This document shows, in pieces, positions 7,433 to 16,347 of a stretch of DNA of 64,000 nucleotides. A program made the translations under genes and the position numbers. Location: the sequence record MW879344.1. One strand, 5' to 3'. The notes beneath the pieces were generated by a model. That model was not told the DNA's origin. It saw nothing but the letters and a program-made list of their open reading frames with translations, and ran no database searches. Positions within the stretch are counted from its first letter, which is position 1. Each line of letters opens with the position of its first letter.

Positions 7433-7711
7433 ATGAAAGCATACGAACATAAGACCATGACAGTTGCGGATCTTATTGCTAAACTGGAAAGTACTTATCC
7501 GAACAAAAACGCCGTTATCGTTGCGGATCTATGGGACGAAGACGATATTCGTGAAGTAGCACAGGATATTAATATTCAGCTCGACCGCGAAGAATGTCGA
7601 GTAGTAGCGGCTTATCTGGATGATACCGCAGATAAGACCAATGGTTATAATGATGATAACATTAAGTTAGCCATTTATCAAGTTATCAATTTGGGACTTA
7701 TTAATCCTTAA
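7433..7711 (+). CDS. Hypothetical protein
   Basis: SD GAGA; own promoter. Confidence 0.7.
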   Translation: MKAYEHKTMTVADLIAKLESTYPNKNAVIVADLWDEDDIREVAQDINIQLDREECRVVAAYLDDTADKTNGYNDDNIKLAIYQVINLGLINP

Positions 7712-7801
7712 CTATATTATCAAAAGTACTTGCAAATAGAAAGCGAGTACTTTATAATGAAGTTATTGAATCGGTACTTATTAACTAAGAGGAAGTATAT
7801 C

Positions 7802-8002
7802 ATGGCTCAAAAAGATCGTCGTTACTCAGTACAGGGTGAATTCACCGGAGCACCAAAGAAAGAGTTTGTTATTCGTTTCTGTGGTACGTTCGTTTCTGCT
7901 CATGCCACCCGCGATCTGGCTGATAAAGAAGTTGCCCGCCGCAAAGCTGAAATGGATACCCCGATGGTTAAATCGTCATGGTCAACAGTGGAGGCGGTAT
8001 AA
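7802..8002 (+). CDS. Hypothetical early protein
   Basis: SD GAGG before MAQKDRR; promoter 7730-7758. Confidence 0.75.
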   Translation: MAQKDRRYSVQGEFTGAPKKEFVIRFCGTFVSAHATRDLADKEVARRKAEMDTPMVKSSWSTVEAV

Positions 8003-8202
8003 TGTCAGTTGCTAAACACGCTACACGTGAATATAGCATTCACGACAAAGACACATCAGCATCAGACAATGGTTTATCACTGATCCGTGTTATTGAGTTA
8101 GTACCGGATCTGTCTAATGATGAATTGTGTAGCATCGTTGATCTGGAAGTGACAACCTCAATTGATATTAGTACTAATATCATTGTCATTCGCACGAAGT
8201 AA
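8002..8202 (+). CDS. Hypothetical protein
   Basis: TAATG coupling, SD GGAGG. Confidence 0.7.
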   Translation: MSVAKHATREYSIHDKDTSASDNGLSLIRVIELVPDLSNDELCSIVDLEVTTSIDISTNIIVIRTK

Positions 8203-8276
8203 ATTGATTAAAAGTACTTGCTTATTACTGGCGAGTACTTTATAATGGTTACACTATTAAGCGAGAGGATAACAAA

Positions 8277-8576
8277 ATGAAATTTACAGTACAAGTCGAA
8301 GGGGTTGATCTAGTATCAGTCGTCGCAGCATTACAAGAAGCCGCTAGACTTATCGAAGATGGGAATACTTCTGGATTTGATCGTAATGAAGATGGGAATT
8401 TTTATTTTGTAGAAGGCGATCAGCACTTGTTTAGTACTGGTGAATCATGTACAATGCATACAGCCGTTTGTGAAATGGTGGAGCGTTTACATCAAGGCAA
8501 TCATTATGATAATGATGAAGAACGGCAAGCTGATATTGATGTGATGAATAAATTACAAAAAGTAACAGGACGCTAA
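8277..8576 (+). CDS. Hypothetical early protein
   Basis: SD GAGGA; promoter 8218-8246; terminator AGTACTGG/CCAGTACT+T after. Confidence 0.75.
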   Translation: MKFTVQVEGVDLVSVVAALQEAARLIEDGNTSGFDRNEDGNFYFVEGDQHLFSTGESCTMHTAVCEMVERLHQGNHYDNDEERQADIDVMNKLQKVTGR

Positions 8577-8631
8577 ACAACAAGTACTGGTGAAATATCC
8601 AGTACTGTTTTTATATACAGCTTATTCTTTA

Positions 8632-8673
8632 ATAGATACATTTTCGCACCCTGTGGGTCAAAGACATTTCGCT
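8632..8673 (-). repeat. Tripartite element, copy E
   Basis: Minus strand AGCGAAAT..CCCACAGGGT..CTAT, 12 nt after TTGACA(8709-14)-17-TATTAT. Confidence 0.85.
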
Positions 8674-8802
8674 GTCTATGAAGTAATAATACAGTACTTT
8701 GGTAATGGTGTCAAGGATTAAATTAAAATTAAAACGAAAAAAAGCACTTGTAATTATCATGTAGTACTGTATAATCTTTTATATCGAAACGGGAGAATTG
8801 AA

Positions 8803-9105
8803 ATGAGATTTATCAAATACAGTTTGATAGGGTATTTTGGTATGGCATTACTTTGTACCGTACTTGTTATATGCATTACCGTATTAGATTATTTCGATGG
8901 TGATTTTTACGTTAAGTATATCTATGGTGGTTCACATTTCCGTTATGTAATTGAATTTGCATTACCTGCGATATTTAAAAGTAGCTTTTGGGGCGTACCG
9001 TGTGCTATACTGATAGCATGGAAAGTTGATCGTATCAAGGCGAATGATATGCATAACAATAGTATTAAAGAGCATTTTGGTATTGACTACCCTAAGAAGG
9101 ATTGA
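8803..9105 (+). CDS. Hypothetical membrane protein
   Basis: SD GGGAG; hydrophobic segments. Confidence 0.7.
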   Translation: MRFIKYSLIGYFGMALLCTVLVICITVLDYFDGDFYVKYIYGGSHFRYVIEFALPAIFKSSFWGVPCAILIAWKVDRIKANDMHNNSIKEHFGIDYPKKD

Positions 9106-9109
9106 TATA

Positions 9110-9355
9110 ATGAGTACCACATTGAAAGCACTGGTGTCATTATTATTCTCAGTACTGTTAACATTCTTATTGTTAACGGAGGCAAGAGATGGTATTGTAT
9201 GGCGGCTAACAATGTTAGCATATGAAATTGAAGATACTTGGTATTCTTTCTTGACATATGGTAGCAATGGGGTGTATGCTATATTTCTAGCTGGTATACT
9301 TTACATTTTATTTTGTTTAATGTTTGCTATGATGGGAGATAGTCATGAGAGTTGA
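9110..9355 (+). CDS. Hypothetical membrane protein
   Basis: SD AAGGA before MSTTLK; two hydrophobic helices. Confidence 0.65.
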   Translation: MSTTLKALVSLLFSVLLTFLLLTEARDGIVWRLTMLAYEIEDTWYSFLTYGSNGVYAIFLAGILYILFCLMFAMMGDSHES

Positions 9356-9385
9356 GCCAATCAGTAGAATTATTAAGTTAGCAAG

Positions 9386-9432
9386 TAGTACTGTCAAGAA
9401 TGAATATCCAAAAAATATTGTTGACAGTACTA
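9386..9432. promoter_or_regulatory. 12-bp inverted repeat carrying back-to-back TTGACA boxes
   Basis: TAGTACTGTCAA(9386-97)/TTGACAGTACTA(9421-32). Confidence 0.55.
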
Positions 9433-9509
9433 GCAGTACTGTGGTACATTTAGGTCAAGCAACAACGGGTTGCTATGATAAACGTGGTTTAATAAAATGA
9501 GGATTGAAA

Positions 9510-10367
9510 ATGGGTAAGCATATTTTTTGGGGTTGTTTAGGTCTGATTGGTTTACTCGCCATTGGTGCGTTGTTGGGTTCGTTCTATACGGTAGACCAAC
9601 AGGATCGCGGTGTAGTACTGACTAACGGTAAAATTACAGAAATTGCCGAGCCTGGTCTGAACTGGAAAAAGCCATTCGTTACATCGGTGATTGAAATTCC
9701 GGTAACTGGTCAGAACAAAAGTTATCCGAACCTTAAAGCGTACAGTCGCGATCAGCAGCCAGCAGATATGTCGGTTTCCGTATCGTTCGCCGTTCCAGCG
9801 GGTAAAGTGGGGGATCTGTATAGTACTTTCGGGACTATCGAAAACCTTACAGCACGTGTAATTGACCGTCAAGTACCGCAAGCAGTTGAAAACGTATTTG
9901 GTCAGTTTAACGCGATTACCGCCGTACAGGATCGTAATAAGTTAGTAACTAACTTAAACATTGCAATTAAAAAGGCGATGGAAAACTATCCAGTAATTAT
10001 TGAATCGGTACAGGTTGAAAACTTATCATTCAGCCCTGCATATGAAAAATCAATTGAAGAACGTATGCAAGCCGAGATTGCAGTAACTAAACGTGAGCAG
10101 GACTTTGCACAGGCTAAGATCTCTGCGTCAATCACGGTAGCCAACGCACAGGCCGAAGCTGATAGCCAGCTTGCTAAGGCAACAGCAGCAGCGAAAGCGA
10201 CACGCCTACAGGGTGAAGCTGATGCAGCAGCAATTAAGGCGAAGTCTGACGCACTTAGCAATAATCCGCAACTCGTACAGTTGGCAGCAGTTGACAAGTG
10301 GGATGGTGTACTACCTACGCAAATGGTTCCAGGTTCTACCGTTCCATTCGTGAATCTCAACAAGTAA
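9510..10367 (+). CDS. SPFH/band 7/prohibitin-family membrane protein
   Basis: N-terminal TM; YTVDQQDRGVVLTNGK..EPGLNWKKPF; coiled coil; LSNNPQLVQLAAVDKWDGVLP. Confidence 0.9.
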   Translation: MGKHIFWGCLGLIGLLAIGALLGSFYTVDQQDRGVVLTNGKITEIAEPGLNWKKPFVTSVIEIPVTGQNKSYPNLKAYSRDQQPADMSVSVSFAVPAGKVGDLYSTFGTIENLTARVIDRQVPQAVENVFGQFNAITAVQDRNKLVTNLNIAIKKAMENYPVIIESVQVENLSFSPAYEKSIEERMQAEIAVTKREQDFAQAKISASITVANAQAEADSQLAKATAAAKATRLQGEADAAAIKAKSDALSNNPQLVQLAAVDKWDGVLPTQMVPGSTVPFVNLNK

Positions 10368-10380
10368 TTGTATCACAAAA

Positions 10381-10405
10381 AGCCTCGCAAAGTCGAGGCT
10401 TTTTT
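10381..10405 (+). terminator. Intrinsic terminator
   Basis: AGCCTCG/CGAGGCT + T5. Confidence 0.75.
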
Positions 10406-10499
10406 ATTATGAACACAATTAAAATTCAAATGTAAAAGTACTTGTATTATATGGCTTATGCTGTTATAGTACTTATATCGAAGCACAGGAGATAATCAA

Positions 10500-10679
10500 A
10501 TGGAAGAACTATTGGAGTACTGGAAACGGTTTAGTAATGTACCAGTTAATAACAATGACGAGATAGAAGAAAGTTTCTTGCATTTTGATATTGGTACTGA
10601 TAGAATAGATGTGTGGCAATGGTTCGAAGCACAACATTCTGATTTTAATATATCAAAACTTTTAAGTGGAGAAGTATAA
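10500..10679 (+). CDS. Small hypothetical protein (59 aa, not in ORF track)
   Basis: SD AGGAG; IEESFLHFDIGTDRIDVWQWFE. Confidence 0.65.
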   Translation: MEELLEYWKRFSNVPVNNNDEIEESFLHFDIGTDRIDVWQWFEAQHSDFNISKLLSGEV

Positions 10680-11104
10680 TGAAAGTACTTTATATTAGTC
10701 AAGCCCCACAAGAAGTACAGAAAGCTTTTGGGCATGTACGGGCGTTGTTTCCTGATGTAAGTCAAGTACTTTATGATCAGGATTGTCGCTGGTGCTATGA
10801 AGGGGAAAACAATTACTTCCCTGATTTCGACACAAAAGAAGTTGATACAAATATACTTGAATCCGGTGCTGATTCACAGTATAATATTGAAGTACCAGTA
10901 CTTTACAAGATGTTTAAAGAAGTGCTGGTGGCTAAGTGTGAAGTACCAGATAAACCAACGGTAACACTTACACAGATCGACCATGATTTGTGGGAAGTAA
11001 ATGTAGGCGTGGCTGCACATACATGGGAAACTTTAGAATCTGGTTTAGCAGAATTTAAAGATTCGATTAATGAATATCAATTAAAAATTCCACGTTCTAT
11101 GTAA
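10679..11104 (+). CDS. Hypothetical protein
   Basis: TAATG coupling. Confidence 0.75.
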   Translation: MKVLYISQAPQEVQKAFGHVRALFPDVSQVLYDQDCRWCYEGENNYFPDFDTKEVDTNILESGADSQYNIEVPVLYKMFKEVLVAKCEVPDKPTVTLTQIDHDLWEVNVGVAAHTWETLESGLAEFKDSINEYQLKIPRSM

Positions 11105-11180
11105 TTATTACCAAAAGTACTTGACAGAAATTATCGAGTACTTTATAATAATCACATCAACCACACAAGAGGCACTAAAA

Positions 11181-11501
11181 ATGGAAAAGACAGTATATTG
11201 CGGCACAAGAACACTGGCACGTGAAGCAGCAAAAGAACTCAACGGCAAATTTAAAGATATGGGCAAAGATGCTCCATATGGTGAACGTTGGGTAGTACTG
11301 ATTGAAGTTCCAGACGTTCAAGAAGAAGTACATACTCAATTCGTTGATACTCTGCCAGAAGATGCAGTACGTGTACTGAATCAACCAACAGGCTTTAAAG
11401 GTGAACAGACGTTGAAGACTTCCAATAACAAGCCTGTACGGGTGTTGTGGCGTCGTTCTAAAGTTACTATGCGACTAGCCGCACATCTGGCGAAAGCTTA
11501 A
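11181..11501 (+). CDS. Hypothetical early protein
   Basis: SD GAGG before MEKTVYCG; promoter TTGACA(11121)-17-TATAAT. Confidence 0.8.
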   Translation: MEKTVYCGTRTLAREAAKELNGKFKDMGKDAPYGERWVVLIEVPDVQEEVHTQFVDTLPEDAVRVLNQPTGFKGEQTLKTSNNKPVRVLWRRSKVTMRLAAHLAKA

Positions 11502-11553
11502 CAGTAACCGATTGGGGGCGTTATATGCCCCCTTAATTAAGTGAGTACACTAC

Positions 11554-11796
11554 ATGAAAAAGGTTCAAGTAGATAGTACACAATTACGAATACATTTCAA
11601 GGCACAAACAAAAGTACTTGACAAAGCTATTCGTGTTGTGAAAGAATACAACACTGGTAAAGTAAGGCCAAGACGATTAGGGTGTGGATTGTTTTCAGTA
11701 CTGGATGTTTCCCGTAACGAGCGAATCGTTATTAAAGATAACACACTGAATCTAATGACGCATGAACAATATAATAAATTCGTTGAACGCCGTTGA
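11554..11796 (+). CDS. Small basic protein, possibly ParE/RelE-like fold
   Basis: RRLG..SVLDVSRNERIV..LMTHEQYN pattern; family call weak. Confidence 0.5.
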   Translation: MKKVQVDSTQLRIHFKAQTKVLDKAIRVVKEYNTGKVRPRRLGCGLFSVLDVSRNERIVIKDNTLNLMTHEQYNKFVERR

Positions 11797-11848
11797 CATA
11801 ATCCCCTAAATACGTATATAATAACTTATACGATTAGGGGATTTTATT

Positions 11849-12316
11849 ATGCCTGGAAAATTCAGATCCAAGAGTGGTGCTACACTAGCAGGACACTCTG
11901 ATAAATGGAGCGATGAGAATCGTTCAGCAAGTAGCCATGAAGCGGGGCAAGGCAGTAAAGGCAGTCGCAATCAAGGTACTGGCATTCAAGGAAAAATTAA
12001 CGCAATGCCATCACAGGGAATAGATACTTCCCGCATGGATAAATCAGAAAAGCTAAAGTACTTTAATTCATTAGGGTTACTACAGCCAGAACAAAAGCAA
12101 GAACTTTCTATAAAAACATGGCCTGATACTTTACGTAAAGTATTCAAAGACGAGCCAGTATATATCAAAGACATTACAGCCGCTTTAAAATCAGTACCGC
12201 AAGCAAACTACCCGCAAGCAGTACAAGCAGGATTCAACGCCACACAAGAGACAATGAATCAAACCGATGATGTTTATGACATATACGCCGCTATCATGCA
12301 AGCCATTCAGGGTTAA
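11849..12316 (+). CDS. Hypothetical protein with Gly/Ser/basic N-terminus
   Basis: SD AGGGGA inside hairpin AATCCCCTAA(11800-09)/TTAGGGGATT(11834-43); internal promoter TTGACA-18-TATAAT. Confidence 0.75.
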   Translation: MPGKFRSKSGATLAGHSDKWSDENRSASSHEAGQGSKGSRNQGTGIQGKINAMPSQGIDTSRMDKSEKLKYFNSLGLLQPEQKQELSIKTWPDTLRKVFKDEPVYIKDITAALKSVPQANYPQAVQAGFNATQETMNQTDDVYDIYAAIMQAIQG

Positions 12317-12384
12317 AAAAAAAGGGTTGACTTAGGTCAGCCCTTTTGCTATTGTATCAGTACTTAAACAAAAGGAACAAAATC

Positions 12385-12735
12385 ATGAGAAAACTTCTTT
12401 TAGCTACATTACTCTTTGCTGGTGCTGTAAACGCACAAACTTATGTTTGCAACACTTACACCGTATATCAGGGTGTTGGGAATGGTCAGTACAATAAAAT
12501 TGATAACAGTACGCCATCATTCAGTACTATCATCGAAACATCACGCGATGTAATTAAAGTGTATGTTAAAGGTGAAGAAAGTACGTATACCGAATTCTGG
12601 AAAGATTACAATGATTATCGTAATGATACCGGATTGATTAAACAGTCTGGTAATGAATTCGAAATCAAAACAGCGATTGAAGATCCTACAGGAACCGCAT
12701 ACATTCCAGTAAAAATAGAATACCATTGCAAATAA
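12385..12735 (+). CDS. Hypothetical exported protein
   Basis: SD AAGGA; signal peptide MRKLLLATLLFAGAVNA. Confidence 0.75.
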   Translation: MRKLLLATLLFAGAVNAQTYVCNTYTVYQGVGNGQYNKIDNSTPSFSTIIETSRDVIKVYVKGEESTYTEFWKDYNDYRNDTGLIKQSGNEFEIKTAIEDPTGTAYIPVKIEYHCK

Positions 12736-12788
12736 TTAAAATAAAGACTTGACTCGTTCAGGTCTTTTTTGTATACTATATTCAATCC

Positions 12789-12830
12789 AGCGAAATGGAC
12801 TAACCCTATAGGGTACATAAATGTATCTAT
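12789..12830 (+). repeat. Tripartite element, copy F
   Basis: AGCGAAATGGACTAACCCTATAGGGT..CTAT, 11 nt after TTGACT-17-TATACT. Confidence 0.85.
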
Positions 12831-12990
12831 TAGATATAGTACTGGATGTTTGTACAGTACTAAAAGAATTTAAAAATAAGATGAAAAAGTCCTTGCATTA
12901 AAATACAGATTTGCTATTATAACTACATCGAGAGGCGGCAATCTCTTGGTAAACAAACTTTAAAACATTTTAATTGAGAGAGAAATAAAC

Positions 12991-13323
12991 ATGGCTAACT
13001 TCAACGCACAGAACAAAGTAGATCGTACTCCTGCTCACACTTTAGAAGTAGGTACAATCGTAGTACACAACTACACTACATTCTGTCATGGTACTATTAC
13101 TGGCTATGCTCCAGATGGTGCTTACCATGTTTATTTCCCTACTGATATGGCACCTAACATGCCTAAGTATCAAGCTAACACAGTAGAAGCCACGCAAAAC
13201 CGTACCCGTACATTGACGGCTGGATCTGGTTTCTTTGTAAGCAAACACAAGTCATTCGCGTCTATTCGTGAACTACAACGCAAGTACCGCCAGAAAGGTG
13301 CTGCACTGGAAATGTTAGCATAA
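12991..13323 (+). CDS. Hypothetical early protein
   Basis: SD GAGAG; highly-expressed codon usage. Confidence 0.8.
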   Translation: MANFNAQNKVDRTPAHTLEVGTIVVHNYTTFCHGTITGYAPDGAYHVYFPTDMAPNMPKYQANTVEATQNRTRTLTAGSGFFVSKHKSFASIRELQRKYRQKGAALEMLA

Positions 13324-13395
13324 CAAATTAAAAAGGGGTTGACAATGTTCAGCCCCTTTGTTATAGTATTAGTACTTAAACGAGAGGATAACAAT

Positions 13396-13617
13396 ATGTT
13401 TACTGCATTAGAATCTTTGGTTAGAGAAGAAGTTTCGGAAGAAGAAGTAAAAGCAGGTTTAAAACTGCGTGATCTTTGCATCCAGAATGATCTGGATATT
13501 CCCGAAGTACTAATGACGTTGCATTACTTCAATGGTATTGAACCAAAATTAATCATTGACAAAGTATCAGCGTTAAACACGCCGTTACTTGAAAATGCAA
13601 TGCATGTACTGCATTAA
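13396..13617 (+). CDS. Hypothetical protein
   Basis: SD GAGGA before MFTALES. Confidence 0.7.
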   Translation: MFTALESLVREEVSEEEVKAGLKLRDLCIQNDLDIPEVLMTLHYFNGIEPKLIIDKVSALNTPLLENAMHVLH

Positions 13618-13789
13618 TGAAAACTATTATTAATGCAATCATTCTATCATTTATAATGATACTAGTACAACGTCAAACATCCTTCCCACTGCTTTGTATT
13701 ATAGCAGTACTGACAGGATTGTTAATTTATAAATGGTAAAAATAAAGGCTTGACACGTTCAAGCCTTTTTGTTATAGTACTATCAATCC

Positions 13790-13831
13790 AGCGAAATGGA
13801 CTAACCCTATAGGGTGTATAAATGTATCTAT
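13790..13831 (+). repeat. Tripartite element, copy G
   Basis: Identical 26-nt core, 11 nt after TTGACA-17-TATAGT. Confidence 0.85.
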
Positions 13832-13946
13832 AATAAAATAATTAAAATTTAAATGAAAAAAGTACTTGCAATAAGTTTTAAGTACTGTATAATGTTTTAC
13901 ATAGGGTAAGCAATACCGCTTACCCATATTAAGTGAGAGAATCAAA

Positions 13947-14522
13947 ATGAAATTTACTGAACTGAATGCTGAACAACAAGCTAGAGCAATTGAAGTACAT
14001 CGTGATATTAACGTAGATTATCAAGAATGGAATGATTTTGTTAAAGAAGAACATCATTCTAAACTTGAATTAGTTGGGTTCGATGGTGTAGAATCTGCTT
14101 ATTCTGGTTTTTGGTCACAAGGTGACGGTGCTAGTTTTACGGCTAGTTCATTAGATATTGAAAAGTTTTTACGTTCACAAAAACGCTGGACTTACTATCG
14201 TCCATTGCATGAAATGATTCGCATTAACGAATTGTGGGTTAAAGTTGTTCGTACTACACATCATTATTGTCACGAAAATACTACACAAGCAGAATTACAT
14301 GGTGAGCATTACATTGACTTAACTCCACGTCAAGAAAAATTATATGAAGAACTGGAAAAGGAAATAGATGCATATATAACTAATGCAGGTCAAGAATACT
14401 ATCGTGCTCTGAACAATGAATATAATGATCTAGTTTCAGATGAACAAGTCAAGGAAACAATAATAGCTAATGAAATGGAATTTGAAGAAGATCCACGCGA
14501 AAGCTGCGTAACTTATATCTAA
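13947..14522 (+). CDS. Hypothetical acidic early protein
   Basis: SD GAGAG; SGFWSQGDGASF motif. Confidence 0.8.
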   Translation: MKFTELNAEQQARAIEVHRDINVDYQEWNDFVKEEHHSKLELVGFDGVESAYSGFWSQGDGASFTASSLDIEKFLRSQKRWTYYRPLHEMIRINELWVKVVRTTHHYCHENTTQAELHGEHYIDLTPRQEKLYEELEKEIDAYITNAGQEYYRALNNEYNDLVSDEQVKETIIANEMEFEEDPRESCVTYI

Positions 14523-14860
14523 ATTCAAAATAGGGATTGACAAGTTCAATCCCTTTTGATACTATATCAGTACTGAAACGGAGTTATATGAAAAAGAAAT
14601 ATATAGTTCTGTACAGTACTTTAAACGAAGCTTACATTCAAGGCCAAAAAATGGAACGCATTGTTCAAGTACTGATTGTTATTTTATTCATTTTGTACTG
14701 GATACTGTAATGCGAATAATCAAGTACTACAATGGTGTAAGTATTAAAATGATTGATACCGATCATTTTGTAGTACAGAAAGGCCGTATAAAAATTACTT
14801 GCAAACGTGCCGTAATTGCATTATACTATTTCTATCAACTAATCATTAAGTGAGAAGAAA

Positions 14861-15196
14861 ATGAGAAAACCAAACGTAGAATTACTTTGCGATTCACATC
14901 ATGGCGTTTACATTCCGCAAATTATGATCCATCGTCTTAAAGACAATGGTTGGCGTAATATCCCACTTAATGCCGTGGAAGTACTTTCGCATCCAGATAA
15001 TGAAGATTATTGGGATACATGGAATCAAGTACTTGACAATGCTGAATGGCATGATGAATACACTACACAAGTCTTTAAGCTACATCATGATGGTGACTTG
15101 TGGGCGTATTGTGAAGCGTCAATGTCGCCTACAGAGTATCATAACATGTTCGGTGAATATCCTGAATGGTTCAATGAAGAACTCGAAGAAGCTTAA
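14861..15196 (+). CDS. Hypothetical acidic early protein
   Basis: SD-like GAGAAG; HHGVYIPQ..YWDTW..LHHDGDLW. Confidence 0.8.
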   Translation: MRKPNVELLCDSHHGVYIPQIMIHRLKDNGWRNIPLNAVEVLSHPDNEDYWDTWNQVLDNAEWHDEYTTQVFKLHHDGDLWAYCEASMSPTEYHNMFGEYPEWFNEELEEA

Positions 15197-15254
15197 AAGA
15201 ATTACAAAAAGTACTTGACTACGGTCAGGTACTTTGTTATAGTTATATTACTCC

Positions 15255-15296
15255 AGCGAAATGGACTAACCCTATAGGGTACAGTACTGTACCTAT
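15255..15296 (+). repeat. Tripartite element, copy H
   Basis: Identical core, 11 nt after TTGACT-17-TATAGT; flanks nearly identical to copy C for ~60 bp. Confidence 0.85.
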
Positions 15297-15408
15297 AATA
15301 AAAATAATTAAAAATTTAAATGAAAAAGTCCTTGCACAATAGAATACAGTCGGTATAATAGATACATAGGTTAAGGGAATGGCTCTTAACCAGATAGGAG
15401 TACTGAAA

Positions 15409-15807
15409 ATGACTTATACCAAAACCCCAGAACAGCAACTGTTGGATGATGCAATCAGAGCTGATCAGAAAACAGAAGTTGAAAAACGTATTGCAATTGA
15501 GCGTAAAATACTTCGGTTTGTGTTCAAGTATGTAATAAAATCCGGTATGTCAGTTTCTTGTTTTGATGGTGAAGAATGGTATTTGAAACGCTGTACTAAA
15601 ATCAATACTATCATGGAAGAAATCCAATCGGTTGATGAAGAAAGTTTCCGTTTCCGTAAAGAAGATGGCACTATCTTTGGCGGCATTGTATGCATTTATG
15701 GTAATGGTAATTATGGCTATGATGTAATCTCTGATAGTACTTACAATGATGAATTCAATGAATGGTATAAACCAATTGATGAGTACATTGATGGTCTTCA
15801 AAAATAA
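15409..15807 (+). CDS. Hypothetical early protein
   Basis: SD AGGAG before MTYTKTPEQ. Confidence 0.75.
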   Translation: MTYTKTPEQQLLDDAIRADQKTEVEKRIAIERKILRFVFKYVIKSGMSVSCFDGEEWYLKRCTKINTIMEEIQSVDEESFRFRKEDGTIFGGIVCIYGNGNYGYDVISDSTYNDEFNEWYKPIDEYIDGLQK

Positions 15808-15861
15808 TTAAAAATAGGGGTTGACGAGAATCAGCCCTTTTTGCTATAATAATTCCAATGA

Positions 15862-15903
15862 AGCGAAATTCTCTAACCCTATAGGGTGCGGAAGTGTATC
15901 TAT
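15862..15903 (+). repeat. Tripartite element, copy I
   Basis: AGCGAAATTCTCTAACCCTATAGGGT..CTAT, 11 nt after TATAAT(15845-50). Confidence 0.85.
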
Positions 15904-16024
15904 ATCTTTTAGTACTGTATATCTGTACAGCAAAAATAAATTAAAAATAAGATGAAAAACAGCTTGCAATGTAATGCTGGTGGATGTATTATATCTATAT
16001 CGAAACAGCAACGGGGTACAAGAA

Positions 16025-16264
16025 ATGGCTAATAAAGAATTTGAATTTAAAGTTAGAAAATGGTCAGATACTAATGCTAGACCATTTGATGTAGTACTGT
16101 TGGACTATCTCAAAAACAATCAGCATTATCAACCTAACGTTGAATTCAGTACTGAAGCCTTAGCCAATCAACATTTGGTTTCGTTGCAAAATTCAGTACT
16201 TAACAATCCTGATAGTGTTAACTTTATTCGTGATCATTGGCCTGTTGATGGCGGCATCGAATAA
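16025..16264 (+). CDS. Hypothetical protein
   Basis: SD GGGG before MANKEF. Confidence 0.7.
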   Translation: MANKEFEFKVRKWSDTNARPFDVVLLDYLKNNQHYQPNVEFSTEALANQHLVSLQNSVLNNPDSVNFIRDHWPVDGGIE

Positions 16265-16347
16265 AAATTTAAACGTAAAAAGTACTTGACTACATCAGTT
16301 GAGTACTTTAAAATAGAATCTTAATCAACGCAATAGGAAACGAAATC

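Noticed and set aside
15381-15390. Second boxA-like GCTCTTAAC
   Set aside because: Short lambda-type match expected by chance, with no flanking similarity.
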